Assembly (NCBI GenBank): GCA_020148145.1
Contig: JAHCRE010000016.1
Coordinates: 4,456-68,455 of the forward strand
From: Patescibacteria group bacterium
GTDB taxonomy: Bacteria > Patescibacteriota > Minisyncoccia > Minisyncoccales > JAHCRE01
Length of the DNA: 64,000 nucleotides
Direction: 5' to 3'
A program made the position numbers and the translations under genes. How positions within the stretch are numbered: position 1 is the stretch's first letter; the number at the start of each line of letters is the position of its first letter. Below the pieces are notes generated by a model that saw nothing but the letters and a program-made list of their open reading frames with translations, did not search any database and was not told the DNA's origin. Positions 8,186 through 17,703 of the stretch are shown here, in pieces.

Positions 8186-9541
8186 TCATTCTCCTCCACT
8201 GTCAATGGCGTGCATATGTATGGCTGCTCTTAAGGCATATACTACAGCAGTTAAGGCTGAGTGAAACAAAATTCCCATTAGTGAGTAAAGAGGCCCGCCT
8301 AAGATAACCCCTATCAAGATGTATACATTGTAGATATTTCTTCTGCCAGCAATTCTCCTGAAAGCACGCTCGAACCTTCCATAAACATCCAAGCTTACGC
8401 CCATGGCTCTACTGAACTGGTCATAGCAAAACCTATAGAATGCAATGAATGTGATAGAAATGGCAGCAAATGTAATGGGTAGCAAGCCTTCACTTTGGCT
8501 TAAGAACAAGGCAAGTGCTACTAGCCATGAAAATTCGTACAACATATCAAATGGATGCTCCATAAGCCCAAGTTTTGTTGAGCACCAACGTATCCTAGCC
8601 AGCTTCCCATCTAAACCGTCCATGATGCCAACCGCAAACGTCAACAGCGCCCCGAGCCCTAGAAATCCAGAGAAGAAAAGGTACGTTGTAAACCAGGCAA
8701 GGATGTTTGTGGCAATGGTTAATCTATTAGGGGTTATGAACGACCAGTCAGATATGTAGTAGAGGATGGCGTTCTCTATCGGTCGATTAAAGTAATGGGC
8801 AACAAAATCTGAAGCGCCGCGCTTCTTCTGTGAATTTTCAATAATCAATCTCTTGGCACGGTCAAGATCCAGCTTGGTATCTATGTCCGCCCATAGATGC
8901 TTGCTTACATCAACTACTTGGGCATCTCCGTTCTGGCCCGCGATTCGAACGCAGTCCGCTAGCTCCGAAGCCCCTTCTTTCATGGCTTGTTTGGCGTACT
9001 CAAAAACCTTGGTTGAACAAAGGAAAAATCCAGTGTCAATGGCAACATTTGATTGGTTAATCTTTTTGCCTATGTCAAGGATTGTACCCCCTCGCTCAAG
9101 CACCTTGGTGTCTTCCCCTGATACTTTGTCGACGGCCAAAACAATGGTACTCTCAAACTTGCTATTGATGAGCCTTTTCAGGATTCCTGAGTCGAAGATG
9201 TGATCACCCATACAAAGTAGAAAATTCTGCTGGAAGAGTCCTTGTGCGACCAGAAGAGAATAGAGGTTGCCTTTCCGCCAGTGTTCAACATTTATATATC
9301 GAATTTGGAGACCTGCATAATTCTCGCCAATCTGTTGACGAACCATATCTGCTTTATACCCAACGGCTATCCATACATTTTTTATTCCCGCTTCCTTTAG
9401 GCCGTGAAGAACCCTTCCTATAAGAGGCATACCAGCAACTTGAAGGAGAGGTTTTGAGCGGGCATATTTTCTCAGTCTGCTCCCTTCTCCTGCAGCTAAC
9501 ACTAAGGCGGGAATTGAGTTGTTTTTCTTAACTCTTCTCAT
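8186..9541 (-). CDS. bifunctional nucleotidyltransferase / CDP-alcohol phosphatidyltransferase (IPCT/DIPPS-like)
   Basis: 451 aa. N-terminal NTP-transferase loop LVLAAGEGSRL. C-terminal multi-TM domain with DGLDGKLAR(x8)G CDP-alcohol transferase motif. Visibly higher GC than neighbouring genes. Confidence 0.65.
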   Translation of the reverse strand: MRRVKKNNSIPALVLAAGEGSRLRKYARSKPLLQVAGMPLIGRVLHGLKEAGIKNVWIAVGYKADMVRQQIGENYAGLQIRYINVEHWRKGNLYSLLVAQGLFQQNFLLCMGDHIFDSGILKRLINSKFESTIVLAVDKVSGEDTKVLERGGTILDIGKKINQSNVAIDTGFFLCSTKVFEYAKQAMKEGASELADCVRIAGQNGDAQVVDVSKHLWADIDTKLDLDRAKRLIIENSQKKRGASDFVAHYFNRPIENAILYYISDWSFITPNRLTIATNILAWFTTYLFFSGFLGLGALLTFAVGIMDGLDGKLARIRWCSTKLGLMEHPFDMLYEFSWLVALALFLSQSEGLLPITFAAISITFIAFYRFCYDQFSRAMGVSLDVYGRFERAFRRIAGRRNIYNVYILIGVILGGPLYSLMGILFHSALTAVVYALRAAIHMHAIDSGGE

Positions 9542-9632
9542 TCTGCTTTCTCCTCTTGTTTGTCAATGAACTATTTCTAATACAACAATAGCAAACAACC
9601 TTAAAAAAGTCAAGTATTTAGGAATTAAAAAG

Positions 9633-9651
9633 AGCGGCTCTTTGAGCCGCT
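9633..9651 (-). terminator. hairpin terminator after the FAD oxidoreductase gene
   Basis: Minus strand reads AGCGGCTC-AAA-GAGCCGCT followed by CTTTTT. Near-duplicate of the hairpin at 8110. Confidence 0.6.
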
Positions 9652-9748
9652 TTCTTGTTTTTTGGTTTTGTCTTTTTCTTTCTGAAAATTCTCAAGTTTC
9701 ACTTAGTGTTTAAAACATTTTTTCCCGGATCTTTCATCGCTTTCTCAA

Positions 9749-11149
9749 CTATGTTAACGCTCGTTTAACGATTTCTCGGGCTACGATAATGCCTGAAACT
9801 GAAGCCTGAATCAGACCTCTAGTGACACCTGCACCGTCTCCGATTGCGAAGAGATTGCTAATTTTAGTTTCTAAGTGGTTGCTGAGCTCTAAGCGAGCGG
9901 TGTAAAACTTTACTTCGACGCCATATAAGAGGGTATCTTTAGAATTTAACCCTGGCGCAATGTGGTCTAATACTTGAAGCATCTCACGTATGTCAGCTAA
10001 GTAGCGATACGGCAGAACGAAACTAAGGTCACCTGGTGTGGCATTTTTGAGTGTGGGCACAACTAAACTGCGGTTAATTCTTGCTTCGGTACTACGTCTT
10101 CCAGCTTCTAAATCGCCTAGACGTTGAATAATTATGCCACCGCTTAAGAGGTTTGTGAGTCTGGCGATATATTTGCCGTAAGCGATTGGCTCGTGGAATG
10201 GCTCTGTAAACCTTGTGCTAACTAATATGGCAAAGTTTGTGTTCTCTGTTTTATGTTCAGTGTAGCCTTGCCCGTTGACTGTTATGATACCTTCGTATGA
10301 TTCGGTTATGACTTCGCCTCTAGGACAGACACAGAATGTGCGTACGCGGTCGTCGAACGATTTAGAGAAATACACAAATTTAGGTTCGTACAAGACTTCG
10401 GTTAATTCATCCATGACCGAAGCTAAAACCTCGACTCGCACACCAATATCAACTGGGTTGTTAAGTGCTTTGAGACCAACTGTCTGGGCTTCGGTTGTGA
10501 GCCATTCGGCTCCGCTTCTGCCGGGCGCAACAATAACGTATTTGCTTCGAACCTTCTCACCTTTTATGGTTTCCACACCTTCAACCTTACCGTTCTCGAC
10601 CAGTAGACGTTTAACTGCTCTACTTGTCTGGATTTTTACCCTCTCTTTTAAGTGACGGTGCATATTACGTAGGACCCGGGCGCATTGTTCTGTACCCATG
10701 TGGCGGATTTTTTGTTGTATGAGTTTGAATCCAACGAACGCGGCTTTGTGCTTGATTTCCTCTACTTTGTCTTGGTCTGTTCCATAAACATGTTCGGGTG
10801 CACCGAATTGACAGTAGATGCTGTCAACATAATCGATGTAGTTAGCTAATTCCTCTTTAGTTATGTAGTCGGTTAGCCAGCCGCCAACCTCGGTTGAGAG
10901 ATCAAGTTTGCCGTCACTAAAGGCGCCAGCTCCTCCCCAGCCCTGCAATAGCGTGCAAGGGCTACAATTGACGCATTCGAGGCCTCGGCTAGCTGGACAT
11001 TTGCGCTTTTCTAAGTCGGGTCCCTTATCAAGCATGAGGATTCTTAGCTGTGTGTTTTCGTTTTTAGTGAGTTCCAGCGCGGAGAATATACCAGCAGGGC
11101 CTGCACCTACAATGATGACATCATAAGGTTGAGACAAAACAAATTCCAC
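9749..11149 (-). CDS. FAD-dependent oxidoreductase (uncharacterised FAD dehydrogenase type)
   Basis: 466 aa. N-terminal dinucleotide fold YDVIIVGAGPAGIFSALEL and C-terminal GDGAG motif. Higher GC than the flanks. Confidence 0.7.
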   Translation of the reverse strand: MEFVLSQPYDVIIVGAGPAGIFSALELTKNENTQLRILMLDKGPDLEKRKCPASRGLECVNCSPCTLLQGWGGAGAFSDGKLDLSTEVGGWLTDYITKEELANYIDYVDSIYCQFGAPEHVYGTDQDKVEEIKHKAAFVGFKLIQQKIRHMGTEQCARVLRNMHRHLKERVKIQTSRAVKRLLVENGKVEGVETIKGEKVRSKYVIVAPGRSGAEWLTTEAQTVGLKALNNPVDIGVRVEVLASVMDELTEVLYEPKFVYFSKSFDDRVRTFCVCPRGEVITESYEGIITVNGQGYTEHKTENTNFAILVSTRFTEPFHEPIAYGKYIARLTNLLSGGIIIQRLGDLEAGRRSTEARINRSLVVPTLKNATPGDLSFVLPYRYLADIREMLQVLDHIAPGLNSKDTLLYGVEVKFYTARLELSNHLETKISNLFAIGDGAGVTRGLIQASVSGIIVAREIVKRALT

Positions 11150-11357
11150 CTCCTTGTCATTTTCTATTCCTCTTTTCTCTCTTTCTTTCTTTTACCTGTT
11201 TTTTTATCTCTTTTATCCTTTCCTGGATTACTCTCGGGTCATAGCTTTCTTTTTGGCTAAAGCGATTAGCTCTTTTCATCCCAACTATCACCTCACTCCA
11301 CCTAATTTAAAACGAACCGTTTCTAATATAGCAAATAGTTCTAAAATGTCAATAATT

Positions 11358-11657
11358 TTACACTTTTTCTAACAAGTCCTGGCAAAACTCTCTCATCTTT
11401 TCAAGCTCTGCTATCCCCTCTTTTGTTGTTCTATATGCTTTCTTTCCCTTATATTTTTCTCTTCTAATATATCCTTGATTTCTAAGACGATATAACACTC
11501 TGGAGGTTAAGAATTTTCCGGGCAAAAATCCGAATTTTTCAAAAATTAATCTCCGAACCTCATCATTAGAGATTTCTTGCTCTTTACCTAAGATTAGAAT
11601 ATAAATCCAGAGATTATTTTCAGTATTTGATTTTTTAAATCTTTCGAAGGGTTCCAT
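11358..11657 (-). CDS. PadR-family transcriptional regulator
   Basis: 99 aa winged-helix protein (LWIYILILGKE .. SRVLYRLRNQGYIRRE). Paralog of 13044-13346. Confidence 0.7.
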   Translation of the reverse strand: MEPFERFKKSNTENNLWIYILILGKEQEISNDEVRRLIFEKFGFLPGKFLTSRVLYRLRNQGYIRREKYKGKKAYRTTKEGIAELEKMREFCQDLLEKV

Positions 11658-11674
11658 AGTGGTGATTCAAGTTT

Positions 11675-11867
11675 AGTCGCTCGCCCTCTCCAGTCTCCGA
11701 CTGGCGCTCGGCCTTCGGCCTCGCTTCGGGCTCGCTCTTTAAAAACCCACGGTTTTTAATATTTTCCTACACGGGAGAACCGGAAGGTTCTCCCAGACGG
11801 GGCTTTCCGACTCAACCCGCTTCGCAGGCTTCGCGGAGAAGCCTCGCGTCTTGACCGACCCCTCTCC
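11675..11867. repeat. GC-rich mosaic hairpin element, family B
   Basis: Minus strand reads GGGAGAACCTTCCGGTTCTCCCGTGTAGGAAAATATTAAAAACCGTGGGTTTTTAAAGAGCGAGCCCGAAG. It also carries a GACGCGAGGC..GCGAAGCG module shared with the family A long form. Confidence 0.7.
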
Positions 11868-11892
11868 GATTTGGGTTATCTTTATTAAATTA

Positions 11893-12996
11893 TTACCGTT
11901 CTCTTTTCTCTAAAATAAATTCTTCGACCATTTCTCTTGCTTTTTCATCAGTAAATTGTTGAGGGGGTGATTTCATAAAATAGGCTGAGGCTGAGATTAA
12001 TGGTCCCCCTATTTCTCTATCCAAGGCTAATTTTGCTAATCTTATAGCATCAATTACGCAACCTGCCGAATTTGACGAATCTTCAACATTTAAACGAAGC
12101 TCAAGGCCCATGGGTATATCTCCAAATTGTCTTCCTTCTATTCTAATAAAAGCAATTTTTTTATCTTTTAACCAGGGAACATAGTCAGAAGGCCCAATAT
12201 GTAAATTGTCATAACTTAATCTTTTTGAAAGCTGCGATTCAACACTTTCTGTTTTTGAAATTTTCTTTGATTTAAGCCTTTCCCGAGAAAGCATATTCAA
12301 GAAATCAGTGTTTCCACCTACATTTAATTGATAAGATTTATCTATTTTTACTCCCCTTTTAGAGCAAAGATGCGATAGGACCCGATGGACAATTGTTGCT
12401 CCAATTTGGCTTTTTATATCATCTCCAATAATTGGTAAGTTTTTCTTTTTAAATTTTTCTGCCCACTTAATATCGGAAGCAATAAAAACTGGCATACAAT
12501 TAATAAAAGCGCAATTAGCTTTAAGGGCTTCTCTTGCATAGAATCTTGCTGCTTTTTCTGAACCGACTGGGACATAATTGATTAAAATTTCAGCCCCCGA
12601 CCTTTTCAATTCTTTAGCTACATTTGTTGGTTTTTCCTTTTTGGGCACGAATATTTTTTCTTCGGGATAATCTTTTAAATGTTTAGCCACTCCATCTAAA
12701 ATTGGACCCATTTTTACAATTAGTCTTAAATTTGGTATTTTAGAATAAAAGACCTTTGTACAATTTGGTTTGGCAAATATTGCTTCAGAGAGGTCTTTCC
12801 CAACCTTTCTTTTATCAATATCAAAAGCAGCCACCAGCCTTATATCAGAGACTTTGTATTTCCCAACAAGATTATGCATAAGACCAGGAATTAGTTTATC
12901 ATCACTGGTAACGCCTTTGTAATGAAAAATACCCTGAATTAAAGCTGAGGCACAGTTCCCTATTCCTACAATAGCAATCTTAATATTTTTTCTCAT
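11893..12996 (-). CDS. ino1: inositol-3-phosphate synthase (myo-inositol-1-phosphate synthase, archaeal/bacterial short type)
   Basis: 367 aa. N-terminal Rossmann IKIAIVGIGNCASALIQGI. Conserved central and C-terminal blocks (GDDIKSQIGAT, NSAGCVIDAIR). Confidence 0.8.
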   Translation of the reverse strand: MRKNIKIAIVGIGNCASALIQGIFHYKGVTSDDKLIPGLMHNLVGKYKVSDIRLVAAFDIDKRKVGKDLSEAIFAKPNCTKVFYSKIPNLRLIVKMGPILDGVAKHLKDYPEEKIFVPKKEKPTNVAKELKRSGAEILINYVPVGSEKAARFYAREALKANCAFINCMPVFIASDIKWAEKFKKKNLPIIGDDIKSQIGATIVHRVLSHLCSKRGVKIDKSYQLNVGGNTDFLNMLSRERLKSKKISKTESVESQLSKRLSYDNLHIGPSDYVPWLKDKKIAFIRIEGRQFGDIPMGLELRLNVEDSSNSAGCVIDAIRLAKLALDREIGGPLISASAYFMKSPPQQFTDEKAREMVEEFILEKRER

Positions 12997-13043
12997 ACTA
13001 TTATTATTTTACCGTGGTAAAATAGTATGTCAAGTGAAAAACT

Positions 13044-13346
13044 ATGTTACCTTTTGAACGCCTTAAAAAATATAATACTAAAGGAAATCTCTGGATTTAT
13101 ATTCTTTCTTTTTTAAAAGAAAGAAAAATTTATGGCTGGGAGGTCCAGTCTTTAATTAAAAGAGAATTTAATTTTAAACCAGGCCTAATTACACCTTACC
13201 GGGTTCTTTATAGATTGGAAAAAAATGGCTTTGTAAAAAGTAAAATGAGAGAAAAAAGAAGAATTTATGAAATTACCGAGAAAGGGAAAGAAGAACTAAA
13301 AAAGGCAAAGATTTTTTATCAAGAACTTTTAAAGAAAATAAAATGA
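13044..13346 (+). CDS. PadR-family transcriptional regulator
   Basis: 100 aa. LWIYILSFLKE .. YRVLYRLEKNGFVKSK. Divergent from ino1. Confidence 0.7.
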   Translation: MLPFERLKKYNTKGNLWIYILSFLKERKIYGWEVQSLIKREFNFKPGLITPYRVLYRLEKNGFVKSKMREKRRIYEITEKGKEELKKAKIFYQELLKKIK

Positions 13347-14011
13347 TTAATCAAAAAATCGCTAAAATATTATATAAGATAGAAGAATTATTAACTATAA
13401 AGGGAGTGGCTTATAAACCAAAAGCTTACAGAAAAGCCGCTAAAGTTTTAGAAAGTTTGGAAAAAAATATTTCTGAGGTTTATCAAAAGGAAAAGATTAA
13501 AGGCCTTGTTAAGATTCCGGGTGTTGGTAAAAGTATTGCTAAAAAGATTGAGGAATATTTAAAAAAAGGAAAGATTAAGTATTATGAAAAACTCAAAGAG
13601 GAGACAGCTATAAGACAAATTGTTACTTATTATTTCGAAACTAAAGATGTAAACCTAGGGCAACTTAAGAGAGATGCCAAAAAAAGAAAAATAGTTTATT
13701 CCCGATATACCAGACCAGCAAAGCAACTTTTGGTTCTATCTGGTTCGGTTAAAAAAGCGAAGGAAGCAATTGATAAAGTAGCTGAATGGGCAAAATCAAG
13801 AGGGTTAGATTATGCTATTGAAACTGTTTTTAAAAAATGGTTAGAGTTAGATAGATTAAAACCAAAAGAAATTATTAAAAAACCTTATTATCGGGGGGAT
13901 CCAATGGTATGGTCAGAAACCAGAAAAAAGTGGTATGTGATAGATCAAAGTGGCGATTGGTTAGAATTTGCTGGCAAGGAAAAAGATATAGAATGGAGAG
14001 TTATTAAATAA
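13343..14011 (+). CDS. helix-hairpin-helix DNA-binding protein (Pol X N-terminal-domain-like)
   Basis: 222 aa. N-terminus resembles the Pol-beta-type 8-kDa/HhH region (KPKAYRKAA..IPGVGKSIAKKIEEYL). The C-terminal half is unassigned. Confidence 0.55.
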   Translation: MINQKIAKILYKIEELLTIKGVAYKPKAYRKAAKVLESLEKNISEVYQKEKIKGLVKIPGVGKSIAKKIEEYLKKGKIKYYEKLKEETAIRQIVTYYFETKDVNLGQLKRDAKKRKIVYSRYTRPAKQLLVLSGSVKKAKEAIDKVAEWAKSRGLDYAIETVFKKWLELDRLKPKEIIKKPYYRGDPMVWSETRKKWYVIDQSGDWLEFAGKEKDIEWRVIK

Positions 14012-14034
14012 TCCTTCGAATTAGAAATAAGAAA

Positions 14035-14652
14035 ATGTTATCATATACCGATCTTAAAAAAGGAGTAAAAATTATTCTGGAAGGAGAGCCTTATGAAATT
14101 TTAGAGGCCAGACCCTCAAAGATTGCTCAACGCGAAGTCATTTTAAAAACAAAGGTTAAAAATCTTATTACAGGCTCTGTTTTTTCTAAAAATTTTCACC
14201 AAAGAGACACCCTTGAGGAGGCTGAGGTTTTGAAATTTGAGGCAAAATTTCTATATTCGCATCGAGATCGCTATTTTTTCTCTGAAAAGAATAATCCTTC
14301 AAAAAGATTTGATTTGGGCCTTGAGCAAATCGGGGATTCTTCTAAATTTTTAAAACCAGGGCAGATTGTTCAAGGTTTGATTTTTAAAGAAAAAATAATT
14401 AACATTTCCTTACCAATAAAGATTCAACTAAAAGTTACCCAAGCCCCACCAGGGATTAAAGGAGAAAGAGCTCAGGCCGGAACAAAACAGATCACCTTGG
14501 AAACTGGAGCTAAAATAAATGTCCCTATTTTTATTGAAGAGGAAGATATTATTGAAATAAATACTGAAACAGGTGAATATGTGAGGAGACTACAACCCGC
14601 CCACCACCCTCCCATCCAGCAAAGCCGGATGGGCCCCATTGAGAAAGAATAA
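14035..14652 (+). CDS. efp: elongation factor P
   Basis: 205 aa. N-terminus LKKGVKIILEGEPYEILEA and three-domain length. The last ~20 aa (LQPAHHPPIQQSRMGPIEKE) are encoded by GC-rich repeat 14588-14637. Confidence 0.85.
   Translation: MLSYTDLKKGVKIILEGEPYEILEARPSKIAQREVILKTKVKNLITGSVFSKNFHQRDTLEEAEVLKFEAKFLYSHRDRYFFSEKNNPSKRFDLGLEQIGDSSKFLKPGQIVQGLIFKEKIINISLPIKIQLKVTQAPPGIKGERAQAGTKQITLETGAKINVPIFIEEEDIIEINTETGEYVRRLQPAHHPPIQQSRMGPIEKE
14588..14637 (+). repeat. family A short-form GC-rich element extending the efp reading frame
   Basis: gactacaacccgcccaccaccctcccatccagcaaagccggatgggcccc. Confidence 0.8.
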
Positions 14653-14823
14653 AGAATAAATAATTTATCAAAAAAACTAGCCTAAGAGCTAGTTTTTAAT
14701 TTTATTTCCTAATTAGGAGTTAGCATAAAAAATGCGACACCTTTATGTGCCGCTTTCAGATTATTTTGTTCAATGGATCACTGATGCGTTATGGGGTCTA
14801 TTAGGTTTTCGGGCCTGCTATAC

Positions 14824-15114
14824 TCACCAGTATGGTGTTTTGTCAGGATGCGTACAGGAAGAATTAATATAATATTCACATTTTTTGGTAACATCTTCGC
14901 CACCATCACATTCTTTAGGAGGTAACCGAGCAAGACTTATGGAGCCTCCTTTAATGAAATCACCCAAACGAGGACACCAATGCCAAAGGATATTCTTGGG
15001 AAAAGGCTTCTTAAGCCATCTTAGTTGATCAGCTTTAGATATTTTAACTATTTTTTTCACCCCTTTTTTAAAGGACTGTGTTTTCATAATATAAAAATAG
15101 AAAATTTTAGTCAA
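14824..15114 (-). CDS. hypothetical protein
   Basis: 96-aa ORF. The likely real start is the internal MKTQSF. No motif recognised. Confidence 0.3.
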   Translation of the reverse strand: MTKIFYFYIMKTQSFKKGVKKIVKISKADQLRWLKKPFPKNILWHWCPRLGDFIKGGSISLARLPPKECDGGEDVTKKCEYYINSSCTHPDKTPYW

Positions 15115-15124
15115 GAATTAATAA

Positions 15125-15178
15125 GCCCCGAGAAAAGTCCTCGCCGCGTCTGACGCGGTGAGGACAAGGGCAAGGGTG
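15125..15178. repeat. GC-rich nested hairpin module (CCCCGAG..CCTCGCCGCG-TCTGA-CGCGGTGAGG)
   Basis: Related copies at 25427-25465 and at the 3' part of 21117-21238. Confidence 0.6.
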
Positions 15179-15235
15179 GATGGTTTAGAGCCAAACTGGT
15201 AGGGGTTTGAATAAAAAAGAGCTGAGTATTTTCTC

Positions 15236-15469
15236 TCAGCTTATTTTAGGCACTATATTCTGAAGTAGATTCTTAAAGTCATGGTCAAATTGTTTTTGGT
15301 CGGGAATTTGATAACCCTCTTTAACTAGAACACCACTTACTTTAAAATTTATCTTTTTAAGTTTATCAACGAGAATACTTCTTATCATAAGCTCTTGAAT
15401 AAACCAAATCGTTTCTGGAGGTTCTTTTTCGCTGTTGATTTCAACACCTTGGATTACACCTAATTCCAT
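15236..15469 (-). CDS. hypothetical protein
   Basis: 77-aa ORF with no recognisable motif. Confidence 0.35.
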   Translation of the reverse strand: MELGVIQGVEINSEKEPPETIWFIQELMIRSILVDKLKKINFKVSGVLVKEGYQIPDQKQFDHDFKNLLQNIVPKIS

Positions 15470-15614
15470 TTTCTATCACCCTCTATTTTAAAAAGCTTTT
15501 TCTTTATAACAAATATCATAAAATTTGTCAATGAGATAAAGAAATAAAGGCTTGAGAAAAACTCTCGGTTTGTGGGGTGTAAATAAAAAAAGACAGCCTC
15601 TTAATTGGACTGCC

Positions 15615-16334
15615 TTATGACTTCCTCCCCAAGATAGCTATCCGGCAAAGATCTTCAATGAAATCTCTCATTACTTCCAATCTCCTCTGTATTTCTTCTT
15701 TAAGGGCTGATTTAAGAAGACTTCTGACTGGAGAAAGAATCTCAGACGTAACGCAGTAGTCAAAGATTAAAAATTCTAAGATCGAGTTCTTTTTCATTAT
15801 CATCTGCTCCCTGGTAATCTTTTCTGGGTAATCGAGGTAATATTTGACTTTTTCTTCCAACGAATCAGTTCCTTTAGGAATCAAAGGAATTCTAGAGCTC
15901 CAATCTTTTATAATTCTATAGATTCCAATTGCCCCAATAGAGTCCATATGATCAAAGACTACTAGAAGGGCTAAACAAAGGTCTTTTTCATCTCTCGGTT
16001 CATGCCCGCCTAGGCCTGTTGAATGATTAGCAATAGCATATAGAATCCATTCTTGGTGTTGTACATCCGAAAGCTCATTTTGGAACAATTCATTCAGAAT
16101 CTTCGCGGAACGAACCGCATGGTTTTCTTCAGATATGGTATAGCCGACGTCATGGAACACAATAGCACATTCTAGTGCATCTAGGAGTTCATTGCTAACC
16201 AATGGATTACTATTTCTAAAGAGATTGAAGCTAGAGTAGGCTCGACGGGTATGAGGAAGCCCATGAATTGTTTCTTCTTCGGTTAAGTACCGCTCAACAA
16301 CCTGCCAAATCTTGGCTCTTAGCCTATCTTTCAT
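15615..16334 (-). CDS. HD-domain phosphohydrolase
   Basis: 239 aa. Has the H..HD signature (HGLPHTRRA .. VFHDVGY). Confidence 0.65.
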   Translation of the reverse strand: MKDRLRAKIWQVVERYLTEEETIHGLPHTRRAYSSFNLFRNSNPLVSNELLDALECAIVFHDVGYTISEENHAVRSAKILNELFQNELSDVQHQEWILYAIANHSTGLGGHEPRDEKDLCLALLVVFDHMDSIGAIGIYRIIKDWSSRIPLIPKGTDSLEEKVKYYLDYPEKITREQMIMKKNSILEFLIFDYCVTSEILSPVRSLLKSALKEEIQRRLEVMRDFIEDLCRIAILGRKS

Positions 16335-16549
16335 TCTTTCTTTTCCCTCCTTTTTCCGTTTATTTTTTTGTTTAGGTGCTTTCCGTATTTCTTCCCTTAA
16401 TTTCCAGGCATATTAGCCGGGATTAAGAAGAAGGTCTTTTGAGTATTCACTCTTCAGACATTTACATTATAGCAAATAAATTTTAATTTGTCAAGATAAA
16501 TAAAACCCGAGGAAAGTCCTCGGGTCAATGAATGGGAAATAAAAATAGA

Positions 16550-17131
16550 CTATTTTTTGTAACCGACATCGGGAAGCATTTCAACAATTATTTCTAAAGG
16601 AATACCTCTTAAAAGATTGTTGTAACTTCCCTCTATTCTTTGGATAAATGCTGAGCTGGAATGTTTTAGAGGATCATAACCTAAGGCATAGGTGTTATAA
16701 TGAGGGTCTTCATCAAGATATTTATTAATCTCTTTATCTGAAATATTTCTCATAAAAACTTCTGTCTTAATCACCTTTGAAATCGCTCTATTTAGAGCTA
16801 TATTAATCATATAAATTCCTGTATAAAATTGATGATTATTTCCTGAAAGAAACTTCAATCTCTGGGATGCCTCTTCTCTTGATTTTGGTTTTTCAAGAAT
16901 TTGACCTTTAAAATATCCAACTGAATCCATTCCAATTATAATGGCATCAGAATAACTTTTGGCAGCTGCTTCAGCTTTTAATTTTGAAAGAGTTCTTACC
17001 AACTTTTCAGGGTTAGCCCTGTCTACTTGAGATTCATCCACATTACTCCTTTTTGTTTCAAAATCAATTCCTAAAAATTCAAATCCCTCCCTACGATATG
17101 GAGAGGCTGTAGCTAAAATTATTTTAGTCAT
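16550..17131 (-). CDS. maf: Maf-like nucleoside triphosphate pyrophosphatase
   Basis: 193 aa. N-terminal IILATASPYRRE and Maf-like length. Confidence 0.8.
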   Translation of the reverse strand: MTKIILATASPYRREGFEFLGIDFETKRSNVDESQVDRANPEKLVRTLSKLKAEAAAKSYSDAIIIGMDSVGYFKGQILEKPKSREEASQRLKFLSGNNHQFYTGIYMINIALNRAISKVIKTEVFMRNISDKEINKYLDEDPHYNTYALGYDPLKHSSSAFIQRIEGSYNNLLRGIPLEIIVEMLPDVGYKK

Positions 17132-17145
17132 GAAAAACTAATAAA

Positions 17146-17589
17146 TTAATGAATTTTTTCTAAGTTTCCATTTAAGACAATAGGTTCCATTGCTTTAATT
17201 TCTTCTGTGTAAGGCATTTCCTCAGGAACTGGGTTGAGTATATAAATTGGTTTATTTAAATAGTATGCAACAGCAATTTCGGCAAAAGTATTACCGCCGA
17301 TATAATTTTTAATTCCCATTCTATCGTAATTTAAAACTAATATAGTATCTCCCCTTTTAACTTCTTTGAAATGTTTTCTTATTAAATTATGTTTCTTCTT
17401 AAAATCGGCAACCGTTCTACCACCTTTAAAATCATCCAAATTAACTTTGCCAGTTGCAAAACTCTCTGCCATCTCTGGAAGTAAAACTTTATGTCCACTT
17501 CTTTCTAAAATCTTTTTTGCTTCAATCATCTCTTTAGCAAATTTTGCACTAGCACAAATAGTAATAGTCATCAAGAGAGATTTTAACAT
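17146..17589 (-). CDS. nucleoside 2-deoxyribosyltransferase-superfamily protein
   Basis: 147 aa. Rossmann-like ITICASAKF start and GGNTFAEIAVAYYLNKPIYIL block. Confidence 0.45.
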   Translation of the reverse strand: MLKSLLMTITICASAKFAKEMIEAKKILERSGHKVLLPEMAESFATGKVNLDDFKGGRTVADFKKKHNLIRKHFKEVKRGDTILVLNYDRMGIKNYIGGNTFAEIAVAYYLNKPIYILNPVPEEMPYTEEIKAMEPIVLNGNLEKIH

Positions 17590-17703
17590 ATTTTTTATTC
17601 TGAATCAAAAAATCGCCATCTTGGCGATTTTTTTTAACTGAGTAGAAATGATAAAATAACTCCGAGGTTATTTCAGCTCAAATCAGAATATCACTTCGTC
17701 TAC

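Noticed and set aside
8445-10655. Antisense ORFs inside the GC-richer genes (8445-8759, 8853-9203, 10275-10655, 10908-11126).
   Set aside because: They lie entirely within longer motif-bearing genes on the opposite strand. Their Ser/Pro/Thr-rich composition is typical of antisense frames in higher-GC DNA.
11154-11372. 72-aa plus-strand ORF rich in F/L/Y.
   Set aside because: It lies in the AT-rich intergenic/promoter region between two minus-strand genes and overlaps the PadR gene end. The composition is typical of a spurious frame.
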